64,000 nt of DNA from a bacterium (GCA_965221165.1 CBDCRP010000003.1:1760001-1824000), one strand, 5' to 3'. Shown: positions 1-10,365, numbered from the stretch's first letter. The notes: generated by a model from the sequence alone, not told the origin. A program made the numbers and translations.

Positions 1-84
1 GTCCAGGAAATGGGTGGAGACGTGTGGGTCGAGAGCGCTCCCGGCCGGGGTTCCACCTTCCGCTTCACCATTCCCACCCCCTGA
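1..84 (+). CDS. 3' end of sensor histidine kinase (HATPase_c), probably PhoR; partial at window edge
   Basis: Frame 1 reads VQEMGGDVWVESAPGRGSTFRFTIPTP*, the typical HATPase_c C-terminus; lies directly upstream of pstSCAB-phoU. Not in the ORF track. Confidence 0.75.
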   Translation, partial: VQEMGGDVWVESAPGRGSTFRFTIPTP

Positions 85-212
85 GAGGGGAAATTCCCTC
101 TTTTCTCCGTATTTTGGTTCAAGCGCGCCTCGTTTCAGGGCGATTCCGCGCGTTGCGCCTCCCGGATCGATTGGAAAGAAGCCGGCGTCCCGGTAAATTG
201 ATTTGTCCGAAA

Positions 213-267
213 AGTCACGCCATTTTCATCCTTTCGTAACATTTCCGGCCCCTTTTTTCTCTATAGT
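213..267 (+). promoter_or_regulatory. Putative Pho-box array plus -10 element (distal)
   Basis: AGTCAC (213), TTTCAT (224), CGTAAC (235) at exact 11-bp period resembling PhoB half-sites TGTCA(C/T); TATAGT at 262-267. Confidence 0.45.
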
Positions 268-423
268 CCGTCTCGTTCGGGGAAATAATCGCGCCACTGA
301 GTGTATCCACCCATGGCTGCCGACGCGCAGCCGCCGAAAGAGGCGATGAAATTCTCCGTGCGGCGATGTCCGCAGGTTGTAACGAATGGGTTCTGCTTGG
401 TTCTCGAAGGTGAAAAATGTCCG

Positions 424-489
424 TGTCGCGGTATGTTCACTGTTTTGTCGCACAAATGTAACAAAGTCTTTCCCTTTTTCCTGTAGCTT
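424..489 (+). promoter_or_regulatory. Putative Pho-box array plus -10 element (proximal to pstS)
   Basis: TGTCGC (424), GTTCAC (435), TGTCGC (446), TGTAAC (457) at exact 11-bp period; TAGCTT at 484-489; RBS AAGGAGG at 501-507. Confidence 0.6.
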
Positions 490-515
490 CAACCCGTCCA
501 AAGGAGGCAGGTGGA

Positions 516-1526
516 ATGTCGGTAGCCAGCAGGTTTTTGAAAATTTTGGGATTGGCCGTTGCGGCTGCGATTTGCTTCGTGTTCGTTGCGCAGCCCGGCA
601 ACGCCGCCCTGATGGTGGACCCGAAATTGCCCGTCTACAAGGCCACCAGCGGCGTTTCCGGGAACGTGAAATCCGTGGGTTCCGATACGCTGAACAACCT
701 CATGACGCTTTGGGCCGAAGGCTTCAGGCGCTCCTACCCGGACGTGAAAATCGAGATCGAGGGCAAAGGCTCCTCCACGGCTCCTCCCGCGCTCATCGCC
801 GGTACTTCGAACTTCGGCCCGATGTCGCGCGCCATGAAATCCAAGGAAATGGATGCTTTCGAGAAGAAGTTCGGTTACAAGCCGGGCCGCATCCGCGTCG
901 CCGTGGACGCCCTGGCCGTTTTCACGAACAAGGACAACCCTCTCAAGTGCCTGAGCCTGCCGCAGGTCGACGCCATTTTCTCCAAGACCCGCAAGGGCGG
1001 CATGAGGTCGGACATCGGCACGTGGGGCGAGGTCGGCCTCAAGGGCATGTGGGCGAGCAAGCCGGTTTCCGTGTATGGCCGTAACTCGGCTTCGGGCACG
1101 TATGGCTACTTCAAGAAAGTGGCCCTCTACAAAGGCGACTACAAAGACTCCGTGAAAGAGCAGCCCGGCTCCTCGGCGGTCGTGCAGGGTGTGGCCTCCG
1201 ACAGGTTCGCCTTCGGCTACTCCGGCATCGGATACAAGACGGCGGACGTCATCGCGCTCCCGATTTCCAAAAAGACCGGCGGCAAATGCTATGGGCCCGA
1301 AGCCAGGAATGCCTATTCGGGCAACTACCCGATCGCGCGTTTCCTCTACATCTACGTCAACAAGAACCCGAACCGGTCGCTCGATCCCCTGAGGGCGCAG
1401 TTCATCAAATACATTTTCTCGAAAGCCGGTCAGCAGGCCGTCATCAAGGCCGGATTTTTCCCGGTGAACGCGGCCATCGCCAAGCAGGACCTGAGCGCCC
1501 TCGGCCTCGGGATGGGAAGCAGCTAG
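516..1526 (+). CDS. pstS: Phosphate ABC transporter substrate-binding protein PstS
   Basis: Signal peptide; GSDTL, EGKGSSTAP, GRNSASGT and YPIARFLYIY motifs; strong RBS. Confidence 0.95.
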   Translation: MSVASRFLKILGLAVAAAICFVFVAQPGNAALMVDPKLPVYKATSGVSGNVKSVGSDTLNNLMTLWAEGFRRSYPDVKIEIEGKGSSTAPPALIAGTSNFGPMSRAMKSKEMDAFEKKFGYKPGRIRVAVDALAVFTNKDNPLKCLSLPQVDAIFSKTRKGGMRSDIGTWGEVGLKGMWASKPVSVYGRNSASGTYGYFKKVALYKGDYKDSVKEQPGSSAVVQGVASDRFAFGYSGIGYKTADVIALPISKKTGGKCYGPEARNAYSGNYPIARFLYIYVNKNPNRSLDPLRAQFIKYIFSKAGQQAVIKAGFFPVNAAIAKQDLSALGLGMGSS

Positions 1527-1549
1527 TTTTTCCGATTTAGTGCAGCGTC

Positions 1550-1577
1550 GGGGACGACGGAGCGGATTCGTCGTCCC
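1550..1577 (+). other. Stem-loop between pstS and pstC (mRNA stabiliser/attenuator)
   Basis: GGGGACGACGGA...TTCGTCGTCCCC inverted repeat immediately after the pstS stop. Confidence 0.5.
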
Positions 1578-1604
1578 CCCGCTTTCATTTTGGAAAAGAG
1601 AGAT

Positions 1605-4241
1605 ATGAGCAACGGACAAGTTCCGGACGCAGACGATAAAGGGCGGAGGAAGCCGGGGCAGACGCGCGACCTGAGCGCGAGGCAATCCGTCCGGATAATC
1701 GACAAGATCGCCACGAAGGTGATTACCATCGGCGGACTTTTCGTCATTTTGGCCGTTCTCGGAATCATGGCGTTTCTCGTTGCGGTGGCCCTGCCGCTGT
1801 TTGCCGGAGAGACGATAACCGGCTCGGGCGTCTTCCGGGTCGCGAAGCCCCAAAGCCCTCTCCTCAGCGTCGAGGTGGACGATTACAACACCTTGGCCGT
1901 TTTGGTGCCGGATGACGGCGTTTTGACTCCCGTCCACGCATTGACCGGAAAACCGCTCAAGCAGCGGAAACTCGATTTCGGGAATGCGCGGGCGACCGCT
2001 TTTGCGCGAACGCTCAGCGGCGGAAACATCGCATTCGGCTTCGCGGATGGAACGGTCCGGTTCGGTAAAATCAACTTTCGGACACAAGTGTTGCCCGCCG
2101 ACAGGACGCCGAAGGGGCTCACCAGAATCAACGATCGCGATTTGAGCGACGGACGCTTTGTTTTTTCAAAAATTCCGGGTGAGCAGGTTCGGAAAATCTG
2201 GGTGGAAGCGGAGGTCGAGGAACCGCAACAGGTCGCGCCGAAAGGGACGGCCATCGTCAAACTCGATTACAAGGTGGGAGGAACGCCCGAACGACCGAGC
2301 ATCTCCTTCGCCTCGGTGGACGCCGGGGGTGTGGCGCGCCTGAGCCTGACGGAGACAAAGGTCAATCTTCTGACGGGGCAGACCACTTCGTCCGTGGAGA
2401 GCGTGGTTCTGCCCGATCTGCCCCGACAGGCGCGCGTCGTGGGCATACTCCTCACGGAAAAAGCCGATAAGGTGTATGTCGGCGTCGAAAAAGGGTTCCT
2501 CCTGCGCTACGATACCAGAAACTTCGACGCCGTATCCTTGGTGGAAAAGCGCGACCTCTTGTCCCCGGATGAAAAATTGACGGTGTTCAAAACGCTCATC
2601 GGCGAGGAAGCCATCGTTGCGGGGGGCTCCAAAGGGTCTTTGAGCGTCTTTTTCCAGGTGCGCAGGCCGGGTGCGGTGACGTCGGACGGGCTGGTGATGG
2701 TGCGCGCGCACGAACTCGAGAAACACGCTGCGGGCGTTTCGGGCTTTTCCGCTTCCCAGCGAAGCCGGATGTTCATCACGATGGATTCAGGCGGGGACGT
2801 TTGGCTCCGTCATTCCACGAGCGAGTCGACCCTGCTGCGCTTTCAGGTGAAAGACATGGCGAGTGGTTCCAGGCGCTTCGTCCGCCTTTCTCCCCGCGAT
2901 GACGCGGTCGTCGCTGCGGATCAGAACGGTGTGGTGAATTTCTGGAAATTCTCGGCCGAACACCCCGAGACGACTTTTCAGACCCTGTTCGGGAAGGTTT
3001 GGTACGAAAATTATCCCAAGCCCGAGTATACGTGGCAATCCTCTTCGGGAGACGACGCGTTCGAGGAGAAGATATCCCTCATCCCGCTGATATTCGGAAC
3101 CATCAAGGGAACGGTCTACTCCCTGATTTTCGCGATACCCATCGCGGTGCTGGGCGCTATTTTCACCTCCGAGTTCATTGGTCCGGAAGTCCGCTCCGTC
3201 GTGAAGCCCGCAATGGAGATGATGGCCTCGCTGCCTTCGGTGGTTCTCGGCTTCGTGGCCGCCCTGATTCTGGCGCCCGTCGTGGAAACATGGATCGCCG
3301 CGGTCCTTCTCACGTTCATGCTGATCCCGTTTCTCCTGCTGCTCTCGGCCTATCTATGGCAACTGATGCCGCCGCGCATCTCCCTCCCCTTGTCGGGATT
3401 TCCGAAAATCAGTCTGGTTTTCTTCGTGGTCATCCTGGGCATGCTGCTCGGCTACCGGGTCGGGCCGGTTTTCGAGGGGCTTTTCTTCGGCGGCGACTTC
3501 AAGGCCTGGGCGAACGGGAACATCGGAATGGCGACGCCGATGCTGTTCATTATTTTCTTTCCCGTGTCTTTCCTGCTCACCGCTTTCGGAGCCGAGCGGC
3601 TTTTCGGGTATGAATGGAAACAAAGACTCAGGCGGATGCCCCATTCGCGGAGCGCGTTCTTCGAACTTCTTCGCTGGTTCGGAATGCTGGTTGCCGCCGC
3701 GCTGCTGAGTTGGGTGACGGCCATGGTGCTCACGGCGCTCGGCCTGGATGCGCGCGGCGGGGTAATCGACACCTACGTCCAGCGCAACTCCCTCGTCGTG
3801 GGCTTCGCGATGGGCTTCGCCGTCATTCCGCTCATCTACACCATCGCCGAGGATGCGCTCAATTCGGTGCCGGGCCATCTCCGGGCGGCGAGCCTCGCTT
3901 GCGGCGCAACGCCTTGGCAGACGGCCCTTTGGGTCATCCTGCCCACAGCGGCCAGCGGAATTTTCGCCGCCGTGATGATCGGCATGGGCCGCGCGGTGGG
4001 TGAAACGATGATCGTCGTCATGGCGGCGGGGAATACCCCGGTTCTGGATTGGAACATTTTCTCGGGCCTCAGAGCGCTTTCGGCGAACATCGCGGTGGAG
4101 CTTCCAGAAGCCGTGAAGGACGGGACGCTCTACCGCGTGCTGTTCCTGGCGGCCCTCGTCCTCTTCGCGATGACGTTCATCGTCAATACGGTGGCGGAGG
4201 TGGTTCGCCTCCGCTTCCGCAAGCGCGCCGCGCAGTTGTGA
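1605..4241 (+). CDS. pstC: Long-form phosphate ABC permease PstC with large extracytoplasmic beta-rich domain
   Basis: C-terminal PLIFGT, EMMASLPSVVLGF, AEDAL..VP, GRAVGETMIVVMAAGN motifs; about 430 aa beta-rich segment after the first TM; ATG at 1605 preferred to TTG 1590. Confidence 0.9.
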   Translation: MSNGQVPDADDKGRRKPGQTRDLSARQSVRIIDKIATKVITIGGLFVILAVLGIMAFLVAVALPLFAGETITGSGVFRVAKPQSPLLSVEVDDYNTLAVLVPDDGVLTPVHALTGKPLKQRKLDFGNARATAFARTLSGGNIAFGFADGTVRFGKINFRTQVLPADRTPKGLTRINDRDLSDGRFVFSKIPGEQVRKIWVEAEVEEPQQVAPKGTAIVKLDYKVGGTPERPSISFASVDAGGVARLSLTETKVNLLTGQTTSSVESVVLPDLPRQARVVGILLTEKADKVYVGVEKGFLLRYDTRNFDAVSLVEKRDLLSPDEKLTVFKTLIGEEAIVAGGSKGSLSVFFQVRRPGAVTSDGLVMVRAHELEKHAAGVSGFSASQRSRMFITMDSGGDVWLRHSTSESTLLRFQVKDMASGSRRFVRLSPRDDAVVAADQNGVVNFWKFSAEHPETTFQTLFGKVWYENYPKPEYTWQSSSGDDAFEEKISLIPLIFGTIKGTVYSLIFAIPIAVLGAIFTSEFIGPEVRSVVKPAMEMMASLPSVVLGFVAALILAPVVETWIAAVLLTFMLIPFLLLLSAYLWQLMPPRISLPLSGFPKISLVFFVVILGMLLGYRVGPVFEGLFFGGDFKAWANGNIGMATPMLFIIFFPVSFLLTAFGAERLFGYEWKQRLRRMPHSRSAFFELLRWFGMLVAAALLSWVTAMVLTALGLDARGGVIDTYVQRNSLVVGFAMGFAVIPLIYTIAEDALNSVPGHLRAASLACGATPWQTALWVILPTAASGIFAAVMIGMGRAVGETMIVVMAAGNTPVLDWNIFSGLRALSANIAVELPEAVKDGTLYRVLFLAALVLFAMTFIVNTVAEVVRLRFRKRAAQL

Positions 4242-4248
4242 GGATAGG

Positions 4249-6075
4249 ATGAAGGCGAAAGATCCAAAACAACAAAAGGAAAAGCAAAAGGCGCAGATGC
4301 CGGTTCCGGGAGGCGACTCGGGCAACGACAAAGAGCCAACACCCGAAGCGGCGCAGACCGCCGAAGTGGGGGAAAGCCCGCCTGGCAGGACGGGTATTCG
4401 CGCCGCGATCGATTTCAGGGCCAGAGGCGAGCCCTTCATCTGGATAATGGGCGGAGCGCTCGCTCTCGGCGTATTGATGATCGTCGGTTTTCTCGCCCTC
4501 GTTCTATGGAACGGCATCGTGACGTTTTATCCGGGTCCGGTGGAAGTGGTGACGCTCAAAAATGGCCGGCGCATCGCCGGCGAGCCGTTTCGCTCGGAGA
4601 GCTTCCGCCCCTCCGAGGAGCAGTTGAAAGGGGTCGACCCGGAATCCCGGCGCGCCATCCGGGAGGCGGACGGATTTGCGAGTCGCACGCTCTACCGGAT
4701 CGGAAATTTCGACATCTACAACGAGGACTTCAAATGGGCGGTGGAGCATCAAGTCGCCAAGACCGAGACTCCGCCCGGCGTATTCTTCATCGAGCGTAGG
4801 GAATGGGGCCCGTTTGTCGGCTTCATCAAGACCCTGAGCATCGATGGCCGCCGCGTCCCGGGCGAAAAAATGTCCCTGGATGAGTTGTACGCGGCCCATG
4901 ACGGGGCGGTCGACCGGAGGAGCGCGATTCGCTCCATCGAGGCGGACGAGATAGGCGCCATTAACTACTACATCGAAGAAGATCGGCTCGCCTTGCGGCG
5001 CATCGCGCTGGACTACGGGAATAACAGCGATGCGTATCGCATCGAGAAAGAGAAGTTCGAGCGCCGGACGAAGGAGAGGCGGGCCGGATTCGCGGTGCTC
5101 AAGAAAAGAATCGCCGCGATCAACAAAGAGGATGAGAAATACAAGATCACCCTCCAGGAGATCGGCGGCCGCGAGAAAAACCTGAGGCTCTCCGATATCG
5201 TTCGCATCTACCCGGCCAATAATCTCTCGATCTTCGGGAAGATCGGCGTCTATTTCTCCCGGTGGGGAGAGTTTTTGACGGACGACCCGAGGGAGGCGAA
5301 TACCGAGGGCGGCGTCTTGCCGGCGATTTTCGGCACCGTCATGATGACGCTGCTCATGGTCGTCTTCGTCGCCCCCTTCGGCGTAATCACGGCCCTTTAC
5401 CTGCGTGAATACGCCAAACAGGGAACTCTGGTTTCCATCGTGCGCATCTGCGTGAACAACCTGGCGGGCGTTCCCTCCATCGTCTACGGCGTGTTCGGCC
5501 TCGGGTTTTTCGCCTACACCGTCGGGGTGAGAATCGACCAGTTGTTTTATCCAGAACGCCTCCCCAACCCGACGTTCGGGACGGGCGGTCTTTTGTGGGC
5601 CTCCCTCACGCTGGCGCTCCTCACCGTTCCCGTGGTGATCGTGGCGACAGAGGAGGCGCTCGCCGCCGTTCCCCGCTCCATGCGGGAGGGTTCTCTCGCC
5701 TGCGGCGCCTCGAAATGGCAGACCATCCGGAACATCGTTATGCCCCAGGCGATGCCGGGCATCATGACCGGCCTCATACTGGCGATGGCGCGCGGCGCGG
5801 GCGAAGTGGCGCCCCTCATGCTCGTGGGGGTGGTGAAGCTCGCTCCCGAGCTTCCCTTCGACAGCTTCTTTCCGTTCCTGCACCCCGAGAGAAGCTTCAT
5901 GCACCTGGGCTTCCATATCTACGACGTGGGCTTCCAGTCCCGAAACTCCGAAGCCGGGAAACCCATGGTTTTCGTCACGACGCTTCTTCTGATCGGGATC
6001 ATCGCCTTCATGAACGCTTTCGCCATCATGGTGCGCAACCGCCTTCGCCGGAAGTTCGTGGAAGGCCAATTTTAA
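4249..6075 (+). CDS. pstA: Long-form phosphate ABC permease PstA
   Basis: PREANTEGGVLPAIFGT, NNLAGVPSIVYGVFG and ARGAGEVAPL motifs; operon position. Confidence 0.93.
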   Translation: MKAKDPKQQKEKQKAQMPVPGGDSGNDKEPTPEAAQTAEVGESPPGRTGIRAAIDFRARGEPFIWIMGGALALGVLMIVGFLALVLWNGIVTFYPGPVEVVTLKNGRRIAGEPFRSESFRPSEEQLKGVDPESRRAIREADGFASRTLYRIGNFDIYNEDFKWAVEHQVAKTETPPGVFFIERREWGPFVGFIKTLSIDGRRVPGEKMSLDELYAAHDGAVDRRSAIRSIEADEIGAINYYIEEDRLALRRIALDYGNNSDAYRIEKEKFERRTKERRAGFAVLKKRIAAINKEDEKYKITLQEIGGREKNLRLSDIVRIYPANNLSIFGKIGVYFSRWGEFLTDDPREANTEGGVLPAIFGTVMMTLLMVVFVAPFGVITALYLREYAKQGTLVSIVRICVNNLAGVPSIVYGVFGLGFFAYTVGVRIDQLFYPERLPNPTFGTGGLLWASLTLALLTVPVVIVATEEALAAVPRSMREGSLACGASKWQTIRNIVMPQAMPGIMTGLILAMARGAGEVAPLMLVGVVKLAPELPFDSFFPFLHPERSFMHLGFHIYDVGFQSRNSEAGKPMVFVTTLLLIGIIAFMNAFAIMVRNRLRRKFVEGQF

Positions 6076-6090
6076 TGGAGACGTATTGAA

Positions 6091-6921
6091 ATGGTGTCCA
6101 ACGCGGCAATAACCGATCTGCAAAACGGGTTCGAAGCGACGGCCTACCATCCCGTTGAAAGCGAACTCGGGAGCGTTATCGACATCGAAAGCTTCAGCCT
6201 CTGGTATAGCGAAAAACAGGCCCTGTTCAACAACACCCTGAAAATCCAGAAAGAGCTCGTCACCGCCCTGATTGGCCCTTCGGGCTGCGGAAAATCCACG
6301 CTCCTTCGCTCGTTCAACCGCATGAACGACCTGATCGACGGCATCCACCGCGATGGAACCATATCGATTGACGGAAGCGAAATTCACGATCCGCGCGTCG
6401 AGGTCATCGAGCTTAGAAAGCGCCTCGGCATGGTTTTCCAAAAGCCCAATCCGTTTCCGATGTCCATATACGAAAACGTGGTCTATCCCCTGCGGGTGGA
6501 CGGAATCCGCAACAAGAGTCTCCTGGAGGAGACCTGCGAGCGCACCCTTCGGGACGCCGCGCTCTGGGACGAGGTGTCCGACCGCCTCCAGGACAACGCG
6601 CTTAGCCTCTCCGGCGGGCAGCAGCAGCGCCTGTGCATCGCCCGGGCGATTGCTTCGGAGCCCGAGATCATTCTGATGGACGAGCCCTGTTCGGCGCTCG
6701 ACCCGATCGCCACGGCGCGGATCGAGGATCTGATCGCGCAACTCAAGGAGCATTTCTCCATCGTCATCGTAACGCACAACATGCAGCAGGCGGCCCGCGT
6801 CTCGGACAACACGGCTTTCATGTTTCTGGGCCGATTGATTGAATACGGGGAGACGAAGAAGATTTTCATGAACCCCATGCACGTTCGGACATCCGATTAC
6901 ATCACCGGCCGGTTCGGCTAG
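6091..6921 (+). CDS. pstB: Phosphate ABC ATP-binding protein PstB
   Basis: Walker [40 protein letters not shown]-terminal YITGRFG. Confidence 0.97.
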   Translation: MVSNAAITDLQNGFEATAYHPVESELGSVIDIESFSLWYSEKQALFNNTLKIQKELVTALIGPSGCGKSTLLRSFNRMNDLIDGIHRDGTISIDGSEIHDPRVEVIELRKRLGMVFQKPNPFPMSIYENVVYPLRVDGIRNKSLLEETCERTLRDAALWDEVSDRLQDNALSLSGGQQQRLCIARAIASEPEIILMDEPCSALDPIATARIEDLIAQLKEHFSIVIVTHNMQQAARVSDNTAFMFLGRLIEYGETKKIFMNPMHVRTSDYITGRFG

Positions 6922-6941
6922 GTCGCTTGAGGAGGTTTGGC

Positions 6942-7625
6942 ATGGCACTGACGAGCGGAAGGGCGCACACGAGTTCGGAATTCGAAAGCGAACTCCAGGA
7001 ACTCCGCCGCCTTATTCTGGAATTGGGCGCCAAGGTGGAGGCGATGATGGCGAAAAGCATCGAAAGCCTCACCCGGCGGGATTCGGACATCGCCCAGACA
7101 GTCATCGAAAGCGATCAGGAAATCAATCAGCTCGAAGTCGACGTGAACGAGCTTTGCCTGCAGATGGTGGCGCTCAGGCAGCCGACGTCGGTGGACCTTC
7201 GCTTCATCACGACGGGCCTGAAAATCGCCTCCGACCTCGAGCGGGTGGGCGACCTGGCCGTCAACGTGTGCGAGCGGGCGCTGGAGCTGAACGAGGAGCC
7301 TCCCCTCAAGCCCTATATCGAACTGCCGCGAATGGCCGGCGCTTCGAGCCAGATGCTGCGCGAGAGCCTGGACAGCTTCATCAAGGAAGACGTGGTCCTG
7401 GCTCGCAAGGTGATGGCGAGCGACGACGAAGTGGACGACATGAACGAGGAACTGTTCCGCGAACTGCTGACCTATATGCTGGACAACCCGCGCAACATCA
7501 GCCGGGCGACCCGCCTGACGTTCATCTCGAAATATTTCGAGAGAATCGCCGATCATGCGACGAACATCGCAGAGGCCGTCCTCTTCATGGTGGAAGGCCA
7601 GAACCCGAGACGGAGCGCCGAGTAG
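6942..7625 (+). CDS. phoU: Phosphate signalling protein PhoU
   Basis: Two PhoU repeats (DLERVGDLAVN; FERIADHATNIAE); GGAGG RBS before ATG 6942. Confidence 0.95.
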   Translation: MALTSGRAHTSSEFESELQELRRLILELGAKVEAMMAKSIESLTRRDSDIAQTVIESDQEINQLEVDVNELCLQMVALRQPTSVDLRFITTGLKIASDLERVGDLAVNVCERALELNEEPPLKPYIELPRMAGASSQMLRESLDSFIKEDVVLARKVMASDDEVDDMNEELFRELLTYMLDNPRNISRATRLTFISKYFERIADHATNIAEAVLFMVEGQNPRRSAE

Positions 7626-7897
7626 TCTTTTCCCTCACCTTGCGGTTTCTTGGAATCCATCCGGGTTTTGGGGGAAGTTCTCGTTATCTTTCCCGCAGTT
7701 TTTTCAAAATAGATTTGTCAATGCGCCATTCCCCATTCGTCCGCTGGGTCGGCGGAGCGGATTTCAAGGGGTTTCCCGGTTCGCTATTCCCGGCATGGAT
7801 TTCAGGCGGCCGTAGTTGGCGGGGTCCATTTCCAGCTCGTTCCGGTTGATCGCCCGCGCGAGTTCGCTCACGGCGAACCCTCATACGGTGGGGAGGG

Positions 7898-8386
7898 TTA
7901 TTTCCCCTCGAGGAGTCGCGGCCAGTTCTTATCGCCCAGTTTGATGTAGCCGGGGATGTCCTGCTCCCAGGTTTGCTGAACGCCCTTGCTGTAGTTCAGA
8001 TAGAGTTTCCCGTCCACGATCTTCCAGGCTTCGGGGACGATGCTCGCGGTGTAGCCCTGGCTCACGGCGTATGCGCAGTAGCCGCCGTACCGGGGGGCGT
8101 ATTTTTCAGGATTATCGCGGAACAAGTCCCGGTTTCGCGCGCTCGAAAAATACCAGGTGGCGCCTTTCCATTTGTGGGAGAAGGCCCTCTTCCCCTGGAC
8201 GGGTTTTTTCTCCGTGAAATAGGCCACCGGGTCGTATCCTCTGATGGCGCCTCCCAGATAAGTGGAATATACGGGCGCGATGGCTTCCGCCGGGATAGTA
8301 AGAGCGAAGAAAAAGACGGCGAGCCAGATGGCCGTCCATACCCGCCAGATGCGGAGGGTCCGGGGCGTTTTAATCGGTTTTCGCAT
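7898..8386 (-). CDS. Secreted YHS-domain family protein
   Basis: Signal peptide then GYDPVAYF, F..NPEKYAPRYGGYCAYA and DGKLYLN motifs; start moved to ATG 8386. Confidence 0.85.
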   Translation of the reverse strand: MRKPIKTPRTLRIWRVWTAIWLAVFFFALTIPAEAIAPVYSTYLGGAIRGYDPVAYFTEKKPVQGKRAFSHKWKGATWYFSSARNRDLFRDNPEKYAPRYGGYCAYAVSQGYTASIVPEAWKIVDGKLYLNYSKGVQQTWEQDIPGYIKLGDKNWPRLLEGK

Positions 8387-8507
8387 CTCTCGAATCGTCC
8401 TCTGAAAAAATAAAGCGGCGATATCCCGGGGCAGTGGGATGCCCCGCAGACGCATTATACTCTAAAAACCCGCCGAAATGCGTTTCGAAGCGGCGACGAA
8501 AAATCCC

Positions 8508-9185
8508 TCAACACTCGTAAAATTCAGGCAGGGTGAGGTAGCCCTCGCGCGGCAGTTCATTTTTTAGGGGTAGGCCTTGCCTTAGTTTCTGTCTTTGGAC
8601 GGTCCGCAAATGCGCGAGCACGTTCCAGTAGACGTGGCGCAGGACCACGCCGATTTCCAGGTGAAAAAGGCCGGGGCGCTCCGCGTCTTCATGATAACCG
8701 AAAGGATGAAGGCGGGTGGACATTCTGTGGTAGTCGACGGGTTTGTGGGGGTCTCCCGGGCGGGAGGCTTCGGGGTCCGTGTAGTAGGTGAACGACAAGG
8801 AGCGCAATCTCTCCGCGCTTTCACGGTCTATGATTTCACAGCAAAGCGCGGCCCAGGGCCGCATGAAGGCGACGACGGCGGCCCTGTCGCCGGCCGCTTC
8901 GGGCGGGACGTGCCGGATGCCTGCGCCGATGAGGTCGGCGATGAGCCCGGCGGTATCGGGAAACGCATAGCCTTCTCTCAGAAGCATCTCGCCTGCCCGC
9001 ATGGACAGCCACACCGGGGTCACGAGGGCGATGTGGCGCAGTTGTAAATCCATCGACCAACGCGCCCACGGCGGCTCCTCGTTGGCGTAGGACATCTGTT
9101 CGTGGGTCAGTCCATCGACCTCCCCGTAAACGAGATCGGGATAGTTTTGGAGACGGGTTTTTAGTTCGGGCCATTCCGTATTCAT
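8508..9185 (-). CDS. Hypothetical protein, DinB-superfamily-like
   Basis: WSMDLQLRHIA near the N-terminus and LRHVYWNVLAHLRTVQR near the C-terminus resemble DinB four-helix His motifs; start at ATG 9185. Confidence 0.5.
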   Translation of the reverse strand: MNTEWPELKTRLQNYPDLVYGEVDGLTHEQMSYANEEPPWARWSMDLQLRHIALVTPVWLSMRAGEMLLREGYAFPDTAGLIADLIGAGIRHVPPEAAGDRAAVVAFMRPWAALCCEIIDRESAERLRSLSFTYYTDPEASRPGDPHKPVDYHRMSTRLHPFGYHEDAERPGLFHLEIGVVLRHVYWNVLAHLRTVQRQKLRQGLPLKNELPREGYLTLPEFYEC

Positions 9186-9375
9186 CTTTTTCACCTCTGG
9201 GTTCAGGTTTTCATGGGAGCAAGTGAAAAGATTATACCTTGTAAGCGGGAGAAAAGAAGAGTAGAATCTTCCCATCCATTTGAATCTTGCATATTTTCGC
9301 GCTTATACGCGTCTCGCACTTCGATATCCTCGCAAGGGGGATATTTTCCATTCCTGTTCAGGGAGGGTACTGACA

Positions 9376-10365
9376 ATGGCAAAAAGAATTATTCCCGTCG
9401 TTTTCGCCGCTGTAGCGTTTCTCCTCGCCCAGGGCGCAGCCCCTGCGCTGGGAGCCAAGAAGGTCGTCATCAAGGTCGGCCACATGTACAGCAACAAGAA
9501 CCCCACCCATTACGGAGCCATCGAGTTCGGAAAAATTCTCGACAAGCTCAGCAATGGAACCATGGAGGTCCAGGTATTCCTGAAGGGCCAGGTCGGCGAC
9601 GGCAAGACCCAGCTGCAGTCGGTTCAGTTGGGCGCCATTCAGGCGACGTTCCAGGGACTCACGCAGTTTCCCGCGTATGACAGCCTGAACCTTCCCTATT
9701 TCTGGAAGAGCACCAAGCACGTCCGCACCGTCGCCAACGGCCCCCTGTTCGAACGCTGGCGCAAGGAGTTTCTAAAAAAGCGCGGCACAATCATGGTGAG
9801 CGTCATCAACCGGGGCGCGCGGCACGTGCTCTCCCGCAAGAAGCCTCTTAAGACGCTCGCCGATTTCAAGGGTCTCAAAATCCGCGTCCCGCAGGCGCCT
9901 CCCTGGGTCCTGGCCTTCCGGGGGCTGGGCGCGAAGCCCACGCCGATGTCCTGGGCGGATGTCTACAACGCCATGTTGCTGGGCACGGTCGACGCCATGG
10001 AAAACACCCTGGAGACGATCTACACGAACAAGTTCTACGAAGTGGGCAAACACCTGACGCTCACCGCCCACCTCTCCTCGACGTCGTACTTCATGGTGAA
10101 CGACAAGTGGCGAAACGACTTGAACAAACAGCAGCGCAAGTGGTTCGACGACGCGCTGACCAAGGGAATCGCCCACGCGCAGAAAATCTACACGGATCTC
10201 GAGAACGCCTATCTGGACAAGTTCAAGAAAAAAGGCGTGAATATCTACAACATCAACGTGGACGAATTCGCCAAGAAAACCGCCTCGGCCGCGGAGACCA
10301 TCGGCACGAAGGGATGGGGCAAGGACTTCTTCGCGAAGGTCAAGGCGACGCGCTCGAAGTTCTAA
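9376..10365 (+). CDS. dctP: TRAP transporter substrate-binding protein DctP
   Basis: Signal peptide; DFKGLKIRVP, LGAKPTPM, G.VDAMEN motifs; GGGAGG RBS. Confidence 0.92.
   Translation: MAKRIIPVVFAAVAFLLAQGAAPALGAKKVVIKVGHMYSNKNPTHYGAIEFGKILDKLSNGTMEVQVFLKGQVGDGKTQLQSVQLGAIQATFQGLTQFPAYDSLNLPYFWKSTKHVRTVANGPLFERWRKEFLKKRGTIMVSVINRGARHVLSRKKPLKTLADFKGLKIRVPQAPPWVLAFRGLGAKPTPMSWADVYNAMLLGTVDAMENTLETIYTNKFYEVGKHLTLTAHLSSTSYFMVNDKWRNDLNKQQRKWFDDALTKGIAHAQKIYTDLENAYLDKFKKKGVNIYNINVDEFAKKTASAAETIGTKGWGKDFFAKVKATRSKF

Noticed and set aside
4504-6948. Long antisense ORFs (also 489-2087, 28241-30049, 47196-49187, 59194-60960)
   Set aside because: Shadow frames of well-supported genes, expected at high GC; no motifs of their own.
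7898-8386. Selenocysteine in the YHS-family protein
   Set aside because: The relevant position (GGYCA) is encoded as Cys; no in-frame TGA.
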